Shown: positions 8,752-18,111 of the stretch, one piece after another
Layout: each line of letters starts with the position of its first letter
How positions within the stretch are numbered: position 1 is the stretch's first letter
From: Candidatus Heimdallarchaeota archaeon
GTDB taxonomy: Archaea; Asgardarchaeota; Heimdallarchaeia; Heimdallarchaeales; Kariarchaeaceae
NCBI GenBank assembly: GCA_030149205.1
Contig: JASBSB010000006.1
Span: 300,001-332,000, forward strand
DNA length: 32,000 bases
Direction: 5' to 3'
The notes under the pieces: generated by a model
What the model was told of the DNA's origin: nothing
Seen by the model: the letters and a program-made list of their open reading frames with translations, nothing else
The model's database searches: none
Program-made: the position numbers and the translations under genes

Positions 8752-9999
8752 TTAGATTAGTTTTTGTAAGGTGTCCTCTGCCAGACCCTGTAATTCATTC
8801 ATTGGGAGTGCGTCAAGATCAGAGTAAGAAGAAACCAATGTTTTGATTGAGCGCTCAATCTGTCGGATGAACGAGAATGTGAAGGGGATATCTTTAGGAA
8901 GTAATATGGTGAAGACTGCTATTACAGTTCCCTTAAGTCTTTCATCAGTGACAGTGTCAGAGTGAATTTGGAAGCTGAAATTTATTCCATTGAAGTTGTA
9001 ATCTCGATCATAAGGAACAACAAACCATGATTGTCTGAAAGAATCATTCATCCCAGAAAGTGATATTGCTATCGTACTGTATAATTTAATAGTTATCTCA
9101 GGAATTTGGTACCTTTTGATAAATTCTTTGGTTATGGAATATGGTTGGGGACCATCATCAGAGAATGTGGAAAGCTGCCAACCAACTACTCCATTTTCAA
9201 AGAGATATTTGATATTTGAATGCGTAAAGGATATTCGTTCAATTAACACCAATGCAACAAAGTTTAGTACAATAGCAAGAGAAAAGGCAGTCACAAAGAG
9301 CATTACTTCAACAATTTCAGCTGCTGATAATAATTGAGATTGAGCTAACTGTCTCTCAAAAGTCAGTACCAAGACTCTAAATAGCTGGGCAAGAATCATA
9401 ACAAGTCCAAACACCCTTCCCACAATTATTCTTCTTGAGGAATCATCATTCATTCCAAACAGTCTAAGACGACCCCTGATAATGCTTGATTCACCTACAA
9501 ACAAGAAAACTAAGATTGAAAACACAAGGATAAGTGCCATATTGTAATATATATCACTAACTTCTACCCAAGATTTCGTTGTGATATCGTATTTAAGTGT
9601 ATAAAACTTGAAAACTGAATAGTTAACGAATGAATAAATTCTTAGGCTGATCAGGACCAATAGAGAAAAAATAAACAAATTTAGGATATAGTTGACACCA
9701 CTGTATTTTTTTTTCACCTTATAGTAGTAGTTTAAGGCATGAAGTGCGACCACAAAGAAGAAGAGAATTGAGCCCCAGAAATTAATTGTTCGAAACCATC
9801 CCGCATCTGCCCCCTTAGGAGTGACAATGATAGTGGTTTGGATAAGGGTAAATGTGAAGACAACTAAGTGAGTTAAAAGAACAAAGACCCGGAAGTAGAA
9901 AGCGCTGGTAATGGTATTTTGATAGAGTCTAATACCTGTAACTATAAAGACTACACCCATTAAAATTGTGATTAAAAGATAGAGGATATAGTTTAACAT
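8752..9999 (-). CDS. 7TM protein with cytoplasmic longin/uDENN-like domain, type A
   Basis: Seven hydrophobic helices in aa 1-255, then a soluble alpha/beta domain (GWQLSTFSDDGP...WFVVPY...DERLKG). Paralog of 11246-12520. The longin/uDENN call is an inference. Confidence 0.7.
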   Translation of the reverse strand: MLNYILYLLITILMGVVFIVTGIRLYQNTITSAFYFRVFVLLTHLVVFTFTLIQTTIIVTPKGADAGWFRTINFWGSILFFFVVALHALNYYYKVKKKYSGVNYILNLFIFSLLVLISLRIYSFVNYSVFKFYTLKYDITTKSWVEVSDIYYNMALILVFSILVFLFVGESSIIRGRLRLFGMNDDSSRRIIVGRVFGLVMILAQLFRVLVLTFERQLAQSQLLSAAEIVEVMLFVTAFSLAIVLNFVALVLIERISFTHSNIKYLFENGVVGWQLSTFSDDGPQPYSITKEFIKRYQIPEITIKLYSTIAISLSGMNDSFRQSWFVVPYDRDYNFNGINFSFQIHSDTVTDERLKGTVIAVFTILLPKDIPFTFSFIRQIERSIKTLVSSYSDLDALPMNELQGLAEDTLQKLI

Positions 10000-10001
10000 T
10001 G

Positions 10002-11189
10002 TTACACCAACGGGCTCAAAATTTTTGCCAGAGTATAATTTTCTAAGGGCGTATCTTCTAGCTGTTCATAGATGGACACGTATTTATGGACATAATCAAG
10101 GCTTTTCATTTGATGAGTCAGCTTGATAGGAATGGTTTGAGGAAAGACAAAATAGAAAAATACATTTACCAGATTACCCTGTTTATCTGGGAGTTTAACT
10201 GGCATAAAGACCACCTGTAGATTATTATTGTTTGGGAATGGTAAGGAAAAGACACCCAAATCCCGGAATTGGTTCTCTTCCAAGGAATTCTTTAATGTAT
10301 TACCTATAGCTGTGATGAAGCTCACCTCAAATGCAAGCAGATCTTTTCGAGAAATTTGATAATGCTCTTGAAAGCTGGAATTTGACTGGAGCTGTGAAAT
10401 ATTTAATTTATCGACTCGAAAGACGCCCCATCCAAAGATCCCAAAATCCATGAACCTTTTTATGTTATCAGTAAATTGAAACAGGGTCATAGGGATGAGC
10501 AATAGGCTTACGAAAAGGAGGTTGGTTGTTATCACACTATCCAAAAGAGTTATTTCCATAGCGGGGGCAGGAAACAAGATAACAAGGACAATTATGATTG
10601 GTTTTATTACAAAGAGCAGGGTAGTAACCAGAGCATAAATAACAGAATACTGATTACTCTCCTTTAGATTGGGCTTTACTACCAGGATGAATTTTCGGAT
10701 TAGGTAGAAATTAAAGAGGAGTATGAATGTATTTGTCAATGAAAGTAATACTGCTACTGTGTGATTTACATTAAGGACAAAAACCCCCACGTTCAATACT
10801 GACTCATTCGATCTTACAAAAACGAACTCTGAAACAGCAATAGGTAAAAGGAATGCAAAGCTGAAGGGAATAAAGAATCTGATAACAAGATGCATAAACA
10901 CAGATTTGTAGTCACTTAATAGGGAAATAAAAAGGAACAATAGTACCAATTCCAAGGAATTGAGTACCTTCACCAACGACAGATACCCCTCATTAATTGG
11001 GAGCTGAAGTGCATTGTCATAAGACAGCTTAAGAAAAGCTATGAGAGCGAGATTTGAGAAGAAAGCCATTATCCAAACTAAGAATTTTAATTGGGTGGCT
11101 TCTCTTAGTGTCATAATTGTCTCAAAGAGCAGCAAGAAACCAGCAATCCAGATTGCTGTTATGAAGAGAGTTATCTCAAGTTGGCTCAT
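10002..11189 (-). CDS. 7TM protein with cytoplasmic longin/uDENN-like domain, type B
   Basis: Seven TM helices, then GIFGWGV...LAFEVSFITAIGN...SLPFP...LPDKQG. Paralog of 12567-13754. Confidence 0.7.
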   Translation of the reverse strand: MSQLEITLFITAIWIAGFLLLFETIMTLREATQLKFLVWIMAFFSNLALIAFLKLSYDNALQLPINEGYLSLVKVLNSLELVLLFLFISLLSDYKSVFMHLVIRFFIPFSFAFLLPIAVSEFVFVRSNESVLNVGVFVLNVNHTVAVLLSLTNTFILLFNFYLIRKFILVVKPNLKESNQYSVIYALVTTLLFVIKPIIIVLVILFPAPAMEITLLDSVITTNLLFVSLLLIPMTLFQFTDNIKRFMDFGIFGWGVFRVDKLNISQLQSNSSFQEHYQISRKDLLAFEVSFITAIGNTLKNSLEENQFRDLGVFSLPFPNNNNLQVVFMPVKLPDKQGNLVNVFFYFVFPQTIPIKLTHQMKSLDYVHKYVSIYEQLEDTPLENYTLAKILSPLV

Positions 11190-11245
11190 CAGTCTATGTA
11201 AAGCACCATCGTTTTTATTTGTTTGTAAGCACTTTCAAACAGGGC

Positions 11246-12520
11246 CTACAAAATGAGTGAGAAAACTTTCGAAACTATACTATTTATCATTGCTTCAGTG
11301 TAAATTGGTATATCTATATCATGGAATCTGCTGAGATACCCCTCAATTTCTTGAATGTAGATCATGGTAAAGGGTGTTGATTCTGGAACTACCAGGGATA
11401 GAATGAATGGAGCCTTTTGTTCCAATCTGTCGTCCTTCAGCTCAGAATTTTGAACTGTGGTTTTGAGATTCAGTGTGGCTAAATTGTTATGAAATGGGAT
11501 AACAAACCAATTGTTACCTCCTTCATTATCACTCACTAAGCCACTGAGAGAGATTGTAATAGCAGAAAAGGTTTGAATATCTTCGACAGATAAGTTGTAG
11601 AATCTCTTTAGATTCTCGGAGACCGCATGAGTCTTTGGACCTGTGTTAGCTAGGGTGGAGGTAACCCACCCGAGGTAACCACTATCTAAAAGAAATTTGA
11701 TATTTTTTTTGTTAAATGTTATTCCGTTGGTGCTGAGAATAAATGTACTGGTGAAGATCATGGTAAAAATTAGTGAGGGAACAATGATAAGCATGTCGAA
11801 TAGGTTTTGCATGTTCAGTTCGAGTGTGATAAATGAATCTCCTGTAATAATTTCAGTGAAAATAAAACTAAGAATAGAGTACGCTGCTAGAATGCGGATG
11901 TACTTAAGATACGTCTTGAGTGAATTATAATTACCAAAAAATTTAAGCCTGGACAAAATAAATGACCTCTCACCCAGGAAGAACCAAATTACTAACAATC
12001 CTGTAACTGCATAAATTGAGATCAGGAATGGTGAGATGTAAGGATGCCAAAGTGCGACCTCTTGCATATACTCTATTTTGTAGAGGGGAAACTCTTGGAA
12101 ATCAATGAATGAGAAGGTGAGTATGGAGAATATTAGTGATACATCAATTATCAAGAGATTTAGCACCAAGGTTGACCTGCTGTACTTCCTTCTAACTCTG
12201 TAATAATATTTTATTATGATGTATAAGACGGATAGCAGAAGCAGTTGATTGATTAGAAAATCGTAGAATGGGAATGAGGGGTTGTTGAAATAGGAGTTTC
12301 CAACAAATTTGGCAACATAAGAGAGGGAGAACAAATAGACAGACACTAAAGCAGAGATATCTAGATAGTAGTCTGTAGATTTGGGAACGGTTGTTTTTCT
12401 TGTGTACTGTGCAATCAGATACATGAAACTAAAAGTAACTATGATGATACTTATCCAAAAGTATGTGTTGTTGACTGCCATGAAGTCCCTCAAATCAATA
12501 AGTGAATGATAACTATACAA
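11246..12520 (-). CDS. 7TM protein with cytoplasmic longin/uDENN-like domain, type A'
   Basis: Shares blocks with 8752-9999: YYYRVRRKYS/YYYKVKKKYS, LGE..I..RL..FG, NIK.L..G..GW, ISLSG, WFV.P, D.RL. Confidence 0.7.
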   Translation of the reverse strand: MYSYHSLIDLRDFMAVNNTYFWISIIIVTFSFMYLIAQYTRKTTVPKSTDYYLDISALVSVYLFSLSYVAKFVGNSYFNNPSFPFYDFLINQLLLLSVLYIIIKYYYRVRRKYSRSTLVLNLLIIDVSLIFSILTFSFIDFQEFPLYKIEYMQEVALWHPYISPFLISIYAVTGLLVIWFFLGERSFILSRLKFFGNYNSLKTYLKYIRILAAYSILSFIFTEIITGDSFITLELNMQNLFDMLIIVPSLIFTMIFTSTFILSTNGITFNKKNIKFLLDSGYLGWVTSTLANTGPKTHAVSENLKRFYNLSVEDIQTFSAITISLSGLVSDNEGGNNWFVIPFHNNLATLNLKTTVQNSELKDDRLEQKAPFILSLVVPESTPFTMIYIQEIEGYLSRFHDIDIPIYTEAMINSIVSKVFSLIL

Positions 12521-12566
12521 ATTTCAGTGAACTCTTTTATAAGCTTTCTTTAAAATAATTCAGAAT

Positions 12567-13754
12567 TTAACGAATTAGTGGGCTGATTATCTCCGACACC
12601 TGAGGTGATGTGATGTATTTGACATTTAAACTTTCATATTTTGAGTTTAGTCTATAGATACCTGCTTCTGACTCTCGGAGAGCAGAGAGGTTTAACTGGG
12701 TTCGTGGAGAAGTTATCATAAAAATTAGTAATGTTCTGAGTCTACCATTTTTATCGGGCAAATAAATTGGGAGAAATAGAATTCGATGGTTTTTTGAAAA
12801 TGGGAATGGAATTGAAAGATAACGGAGATATGTACCAGATTCTTTTTGAGCTAATGCAGTAAGAACGGAGGTTTCAAAGGCTAAAATTGATTTTTGTGTG
12901 ACATTATTTCTTTTGAGGTATCCATCAGAGATAAATTTCAATTTAGGGTTATTCCCTTCTATCTCGAGAATGCCCCATCCAATATTTCCTGAATCTATCA
13001 ACTCCGCAAGTGTCTCTTTCATATGAAATAAAACCTCAGGATATGCTATTAAAGTTATAATCAAAGTTTGGAGGCTGGTGGTGAGAACAATCATGGACAG
13101 TTCAAAGGAAACAGATGGAAAATTTGCGAATGTAATGAGAGATGCTGGGATAAGGATTACAAGCATCAGGTCTGAAGCAAATAACAAACTTTGAAGTCCT
13201 CTTCTCTGAACTTCAAATGTTAGTGAATATTTCCTGATAAGATATCTGTTTGAGATCAGTGCCATTGCACTTCCGGAGAGATAAAAAATTCCAATGATGT
13301 ACTCTAAGGGGATATTTTTTATTGAGGTGTTAGGTATAGAGATACTGCTGTAAGGATATTGATAGGGTTGATCGGAGAGGAAGATCAATGTGATAAATGT
13401 AATTAAGAGAGGGGAAAAAAATTTGCTAAATAAATGCATTTCAATTGATTTATACTGAATATTTCTGCTGATAAAAAGATAAATGACTATGGTCTCACTT
13501 ATCAAAAATACCTTGACAAATCCTAATAGGAGGGTGAATTTGACCGGAAGAATAGAATTTGAATGTAAATATAGAACTTCAGCCTCTATAAAGTAAAAGA
13601 GGTAAAGTGATGTAGCAACGGTTATTAATAATAAAATCAACCAAACCTTTTTTCTTTCTTTGTTTGGATTAAATAGATAGATGGCAGTACCCACTATAAA
13701 TGAGCCTAAATTAATGACTAATGAAATAACCAGCAGGATGATGTCTATATCTAT
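12567..13754 (-). CDS. 7TM protein with cytoplasmic longin/uDENN-like domain, type B' (start uncertain)
   Basis: Shares blocks with 10002-11189: VKV...E.....LFIS...YKS..MHL..FF.P, YLIRK, GWG, LAFE.S..TA, PFP, LPDK.G. The open frame extends upstream of the called GTG at 13694 with a hydrophobic TM1 (IDIDIILLVISLVINLGSFIV). Confidence 0.7.
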   Translation of the reverse strand: MDIDIILLVISLVINLGSFIVGTAIYLFNPNKERKKVWLILLLITVATSLYLFYFIEAEVLYLHSNSILPVKFTLLLGFVKVFLISETIVIYLFISRNIQYKSIEMHLFSKFFSPLLITFITLIFLSDQPYQYPYSSISIPNTSIKNIPLEYIIGIFYLSGSAMALISNRYLIRKYSLTFEVQRRGLQSLLFASDLMLVILIPASLITFANFPSVSFELSMIVLTTSLQTLIITLIAYPEVLFHMKETLAELIDSGNIGWGILEIEGNNPKLKFISDGYLKRNNVTQKSILAFETSVLTALAQKESGTYLRYLSIPFPFSKNHRILFLPIYLPDKNGRLRTLLIFMITSPRTQLNLSALRESEAGIYRLNSKYESLNVKYITSPQVSEIISPLIR

Positions 13755-13909
13755 GTCATATCCCTCAAGATATATACTGCAATTTTGTTTAAATGCTTTA
13801 TAGTTGAAGAGACCTAAAGCTTGATACTTTTTTCATGGAAGATGTCTCAAATTTGTTGAGAACCCAGAGGACTTAGAAGTTATCAAAGAGAGGTAAGTCT
13901 GTGAATTTT

Positions 13910-14374
13910 TCACACCGATGAGTATTTATAGAAGAGCAGACTTAGAATGAAGAGAGTGTATGATGAGATAGCTGATAACATGCAGTACAGGCAGATGCTT
14001 ACCAGAATTGCAACTTGTATAAATATTAGTCCTGTAGAGGCCAGAAATCCTACGCTAGTTAAAGCAGTGATAAATTTAGGATATTGGATGTTCTTTTGTT
14101 GAAGAAAAGCTAAGACCTGTCTCTCGAACATGACAATTAGTATTAAACTCAGGTAGTAGAGCATTCCAAATATGGAAATAGGGAGTCCAATAATAGTTGC
14201 ATACTGTGAGGTTAATATTGCACCGCAGTCCACTGGAATCCCAAAGATGTTAGATATAAATTGAGTTGTGCATGCAGCTGGATCGCTGTAATGACTGTTG
14301 GTCAGGTAAAGTGAGTCAAAGAAGCCTACAAGTGCCACCAACAAAACAGATATTGAGAATGTCTTCTGGTTCAT
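13910..14374 (-). CDS. Vitamin K epoxide reductase (VKOR) family membrane oxidoreductase
   Basis: Loop cysteine pair (C...C-GAILTSQYA), G-LP-S-FG motif, active-site CLYC and multiple TM helices. Confidence 0.92.
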   Translation of the reverse strand: MNQKTFSISVLLVALVGFFDSLYLTNSHYSDPAACTTQFISNIFGIPVDCGAILTSQYATIIGLPISIFGMLYYLSLILIVMFERQVLAFLQQKNIQYPKFITALTSVGFLASTGLIFIQVAILVSICLYCMLSAISSYTLFILSLLFYKYSSV

Positions 14375-14685
14375 ACCCTTGTTTCTGAATTCGTTATATT
14401 AAGATGTTCAAGCAATTAGGAAATATTGTTCTGAATAGATTGAACCTTTAGTAGAGGGGTTATTGGGTGGGTAGATCATTGAGTCCATCATTTGTCCTTA
14501 GAAATTCTTTCTAAAACCTGAGGTTGTAATGGATTGTTTCTAAGAATAGGGATAATCAAACTGATTTAGACATTAAATACCAACAATTTTCAAGATGTTG
14601 TTCAGTCTGATTTTGATAAAACAGTGAATAAGTCATATCTCTTGGTCTGGAAGCTTCAAGTTTTTAGATATAGTGGATCGAAGGT

Positions 14686-14762
14686 TTATGATGTTATGAT
14701 GCTAAGATATGAATCTAATGGTTATGATGCTAAGTTATGATGCAAATGGTTATGATGCTAAG
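14686..14762. repeat. Short direct-repeat array with 14/28-bp period, core GTTATGATGCTAAG
   Basis: Exact GTTATGATGCTAAG at 14693, 14721 and 14749 (28-bp spacing), with degenerate copies at 14686, 14707 and 14734. Confidence 0.85.
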
Positions 14763-14772
14763 ATACTTATGA

Positions 14773-15480
14773 CTAGATTTTTGGTTTAAGTGATTTCTCT
14801 TTCCCTTTTTTTTCTGGTTGGGGTATGGATTCACTGTTTGGTTTTCGGTTGATGAAGAGGTAAAGTCCAACGAGAATGCTTCCTCCAATCCCTGCCTGTA
14901 TAATGGGGTTGCTGAACAGTGCACCTAGTACACTTGGAGGGGTTCCTGGGTTTCCAACATAATTATTTGTAAGGGTAGTGTATGAAACCTTTCCCTGAAC
15001 CAGGGGGGAAATATAATTATACAATGTATTGAAATCAGTAAGCCCATTCCAGCTTTTCACCAGATACCCATTGGGGTCGAAAAGAATCATGGTGGGAGTA
15101 CCAGTTATACCAAACTTTTTTGCAAAAGCATCTGACTTGTCTAGACCCATAACCCAAGAAGTTATGTGTTGAGCTTTGAAATCCTTTATCGTGGTCAATG
15201 TATCTCTAGATCCTGCGAGAGAAACCATCGTGAAATTTCCTGTGATTGCATTGTTTAGTTTTTCAAGGTCAGGGTGTTGTTGAATGCAGAAATGGCACTG
15301 TGTCCAGAACCATTCCACAAATAGCCACTTACCTTGATAACTGCTGAACAATACACTGTTTCCACCGAGATTTGTAAATCCAAGGTTCAGATTATAAGCC
15401 TGAGCCTGAGTTTGGTTCATGGAAAATACAAGAATAATTAGTGTTAATGTCAACAACAGACTTTTAGATTTGAATCTCAT
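14773..15480 (-). CDS. TlpA/redoxin-family thiol-disulfide oxidoreductase, exported, with a C-terminal TM anchor
   Basis: Signal-like N-terminus from ATG 15480 (MRFKSKSLLLTLTLIILVFSM), WTQCHFC CxxC, cis-Pro GTPT motif and a C-terminal hydrophobic helix. Confidence 0.88.
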   Translation of the reverse strand: MRFKSKSLLLTLTLIILVFSMNQTQAQAYNLNLGFTNLGGNSVLFSSYQGKWLFVEWFWTQCHFCIQQHPDLEKLNNAITGNFTMVSLAGSRDTLTTIKDFKAQHITSWVMGLDKSDAFAKKFGITGTPTMILFDPNGYLVKSWNGLTDFNTLYNYISPLVQGKVSYTTLTNNYVGNPGTPPSVLGALFSNPIIQAGIGGSILVGLYLFINRKPNSESIPQPEKKGKEKSLKPKI

Positions 15481-15774
15481 AGATACAATTTGATATTTGG
15501 GGTTGATTTGATAAACATTTGTTTTGTAGACCTGTATCACGAGTATTTATGGGTAATTGAGTATATAAGACTCTTAGAAATTCATGTGTAATGACAAAAA
15601 CATTGATCCCAATATATTCATTTAGGAGATGGGAGTCTTTAGAATGAAAGTAAGAGTCTTTGGTTTGAAAATACCTGAGAGCACATACATGGGCTATATA
15701 TAATTCTTAATGAAGAGGTGTAATACCCCTGTGAGTTTGGGAAAAATTCAAAACAATGAGGTTAAGTCAGAGCT

Positions 15775-16590
15775 ATGGATTCTGATTTTACGGTTCTTGT
15801 AAGTAATGACGACGGTATTTATTCATCTGGGATACTGGCTCTTGCACAGGCGGCAGAACGATTAGGTAAGGTGAAAATTGTTGCGCCAACGAGCCAACAA
15901 ACTGCTCAGGGTAAGTCACTAACATTTAACAAGCCAATCAGGTTTGAACGGATTCAGGAGCTTGAGGGGGAAGCAATAGGCCATAATGGGTCACCAGCTG
16001 ATTCAATCGTAATACATCATCACTTTGAGGGTAGTAATCCCTCAATTATTCTAAGTGGAATCAATGGTGGTGAAAACACCTCAATTCACAGTATTCTCAC
16101 ATCAGGTACCTGTGGTGTTGCGATGGAGGGTGGGCTTAGAAACATTCCTTCATTTGCCATCTCGTTAGATGTTCCAGAGGAATATTTTTTTGCCAAGTCA
16201 CTTCCTTTTGACCTTTCACTCATAGCTAAACTTGCCGTAGACCTTTCTGAGGTCTTATACCATGCACCACGGGAGTTTTGGGAGAAGGTGTTGTTTGTGA
16301 ACATCAATTTCCCTCATAAGGTCACAGAGTCAACAAAGATTGAGGTGGTAGGGTTAGAGACGTACAAATATAAAAATTATCTTGTTGAGAGGACAGATCC
16401 CAAGGGATTGACTTACTTCTGGTTATGGGGAAACAAGAGGGATGATTGGGACAGTACCAAGGATAGTTACAAGGTGTTGTTTGAGGATACAATCACTGTC
16501 ACGCCAGTTACCTTTGGGGTGTTTGATGAGTCTCTGCAGGTAACCGATCAAATTTTAAGAGAAAGTAGTTTAGCAAAGCTAATAAAATAA
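15775..16590 (+). CDS. surE: 5'/3'-nucleotidase SurE
   Basis: VLVSNDDG, VAP...Q, GSPADS, SGINGGEN and SGT motifs. Confidence 0.96.
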   Translation: MDSDFTVLVSNDDGIYSSGILALAQAAERLGKVKIVAPTSQQTAQGKSLTFNKPIRFERIQELEGEAIGHNGSPADSIVIHHHFEGSNPSIILSGINGGENTSIHSILTSGTCGVAMEGGLRNIPSFAISLDVPEEYFFAKSLPFDLSLIAKLAVDLSEVLYHAPREFWEKVLFVNINFPHKVTESTKIEVVGLETYKYKNYLVERTDPKGLTYFWLWGNKRDDWDSTKDSYKVLFEDTITVTPVTFGVFDESLQVTDQILRESSLAKLIK

Positions 16591-16655
16591 AGCTGAAAGA
16601 ATTTATTCCATAGAAAAGCTTTTTGTAGTTTTGAGGACATAGATATTTTATAGGA

Positions 16656-17600
16656 GTGGGTACAACGCCAACTTGTTATGAATGTGAAGAGAAAGTTGCT
16701 ATTCCCTTCAAATGTAAACTCTGTGGCAACAGTTACTGTAGCAGACACAGGCTACCAGAGAATCATAACTGTACAGAGATCGGACATTATAACTCTGCTG
16801 AGTATAAGTCTGCTAAGGCAAGAGGGGTTTATTCTACATTAAAAGAGACTGCTCAACCAGAGAAGACGTCTCCCATCTTTCAATTTCCCAAAAGAGGTAC
16901 ACCTAGAACCTCCAGCACCAGTACAGGTGGTGGAAGGCATTTCAGAAATGCAGCGATGACACAGTTTGAAAATAGGTTTTACGAGAGGGCATTGCTCTCT
17001 CACCCTGATGTTATCTCATTTGGAAGAGAGAGTGTGGATCTGCTTGTTGCGTTTATTCTGATCACATTCGCAGTTTCATTTAATCGATTGGTCAGCGGAA
17101 CATATACAGGAGAAGATGTGTTGATACTGGCAATTGCTCTGGCACCTGCCTTTATTTTACACGAGCTTGGGCATAAATACATGGCTGTTTATCTGGGGAG
17201 ATTCGCCAGATTCACCCTTTTCAAGCGATTAACACTGATAACACTACTTATGGGCCTTCTTCCATTCTTTATTGGTACACCTGGTACAACTATTATTCAG
17301 GGTGAGGAGATGAACAAGCAAGAACTTGGTGTTACAGCTTTAGCTGGTCCAATGGTGAATCTAGTATTAGCCTTAGGAGGACTGCTTGTTCTTCCATTTA
17401 TTCCTTCTGGAATATTTTACACCGCTACTTTGATGATTGTTACAATTAATCTAATACTTGGCATATTCAACTTAATACCTGTTTGGGTATTAGATGGTAA
17501 GAAAATATTTAACTGGTCAAAAGGTGTCTATGGATTAACTCTGGTGACTTTCATAGCTTTATTGGTTTTTCAGGTATCTATTTTTGGTTTGCCTTATTAA
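16656..17600 (+). CDS. AN1-type zinc finger fused to a site-2 protease (peptidase M50)
   Basis: CYECEEKVAIPFKCKLCGNSYCSRHRLPENHNC matches zf-AN1. HELGH, AGP-VN and NLIP-WVLDG give the M50 HExxH and NxxPxxxxDG motifs. Confidence 0.92.
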   Translation: MGTTPTCYECEEKVAIPFKCKLCGNSYCSRHRLPENHNCTEIGHYNSAEYKSAKARGVYSTLKETAQPEKTSPIFQFPKRGTPRTSSTSTGGGRHFRNAAMTQFENRFYERALLSHPDVISFGRESVDLLVAFILITFAVSFNRLVSGTYTGEDVLILAIALAPAFILHELGHKYMAVYLGRFARFTLFKRLTLITLLMGLLPFFIGTPGTTIIQGEEMNKQELGVTALAGPMVNLVLALGGLLVLPFIPSGIFYTATLMIVTINLILGIFNLIPVWVLDGKKIFNWSKGVYGLTLVTFIALLVFQVSIFGLPY

Positions 17601-17955
17601 GTGTTCTTTCCACAAGGTCTTGAGTTGTTCTCGGAGTTGAAGAAAGAGGAAAGCGTTCTTTGTTCCTCTTCATTTTATCAGTAGCTGCAGCTACGGGATC
17701 GATGTCAGTGGCATTACAAAGAGAGAGCAGATAGACCAAAACATCTGCTATTTCTGAACTGAGGGCCTTTTTAAAGTCAGGGTAGCTTTTGACAGCCTCT
17801 TTGCTCTCGGTGATGCTCATCCATTGGAAGAGTTCCATAATTTCCGCTGCCTCAATGGCAACTGACATAGCAAGGTTTTTTGGGTTATGGTACTTCCCCC
17901 ACTCTCTCTCTTTTGTAAATTCTTTGATAATCTGTTGCAGATTTTGTAAATCCAT
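17578..17955 (-). CDS. MazG-like nucleotide pyrophosphohydrolase (RS21-C6/DCTPP1 type)
   Basis: EREWGKYHNPKNLAMSVAIEAAEIMELFQW...EIADVLVYL. Confidence 0.92.
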   Translation of the reverse strand: MDLQNLQQIIKEFTKEREWGKYHNPKNLAMSVAIEAAEIMELFQWMSITESKEAVKSYPDFKKALSSEIADVLVYLLSLCNATDIDPVAAATDKMKRNKERFPLSSTPRTTQDLVERTLNKANQK

Positions 17956-18111
17956 GGTCTATTTTAGCTTGAGACTTTATTATTGTTTGTAAATGTGTGT
18001 TTGTAGCCCATCTCTTTACAACATGGGAAGTGGGCATCTTTGTTCCTGAACGATATTATATTATTGAAGTCTAATTAGTATAACCGCTTTTCAATAGAAA
18101 GGAGTTTTACA

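Noticed and set aside
14686-14762. CRISPR array
   Set aside because: Repeats are 14 bp, the intervening sequences are degenerate copies rather than unique spacers, and no cas genes are present.
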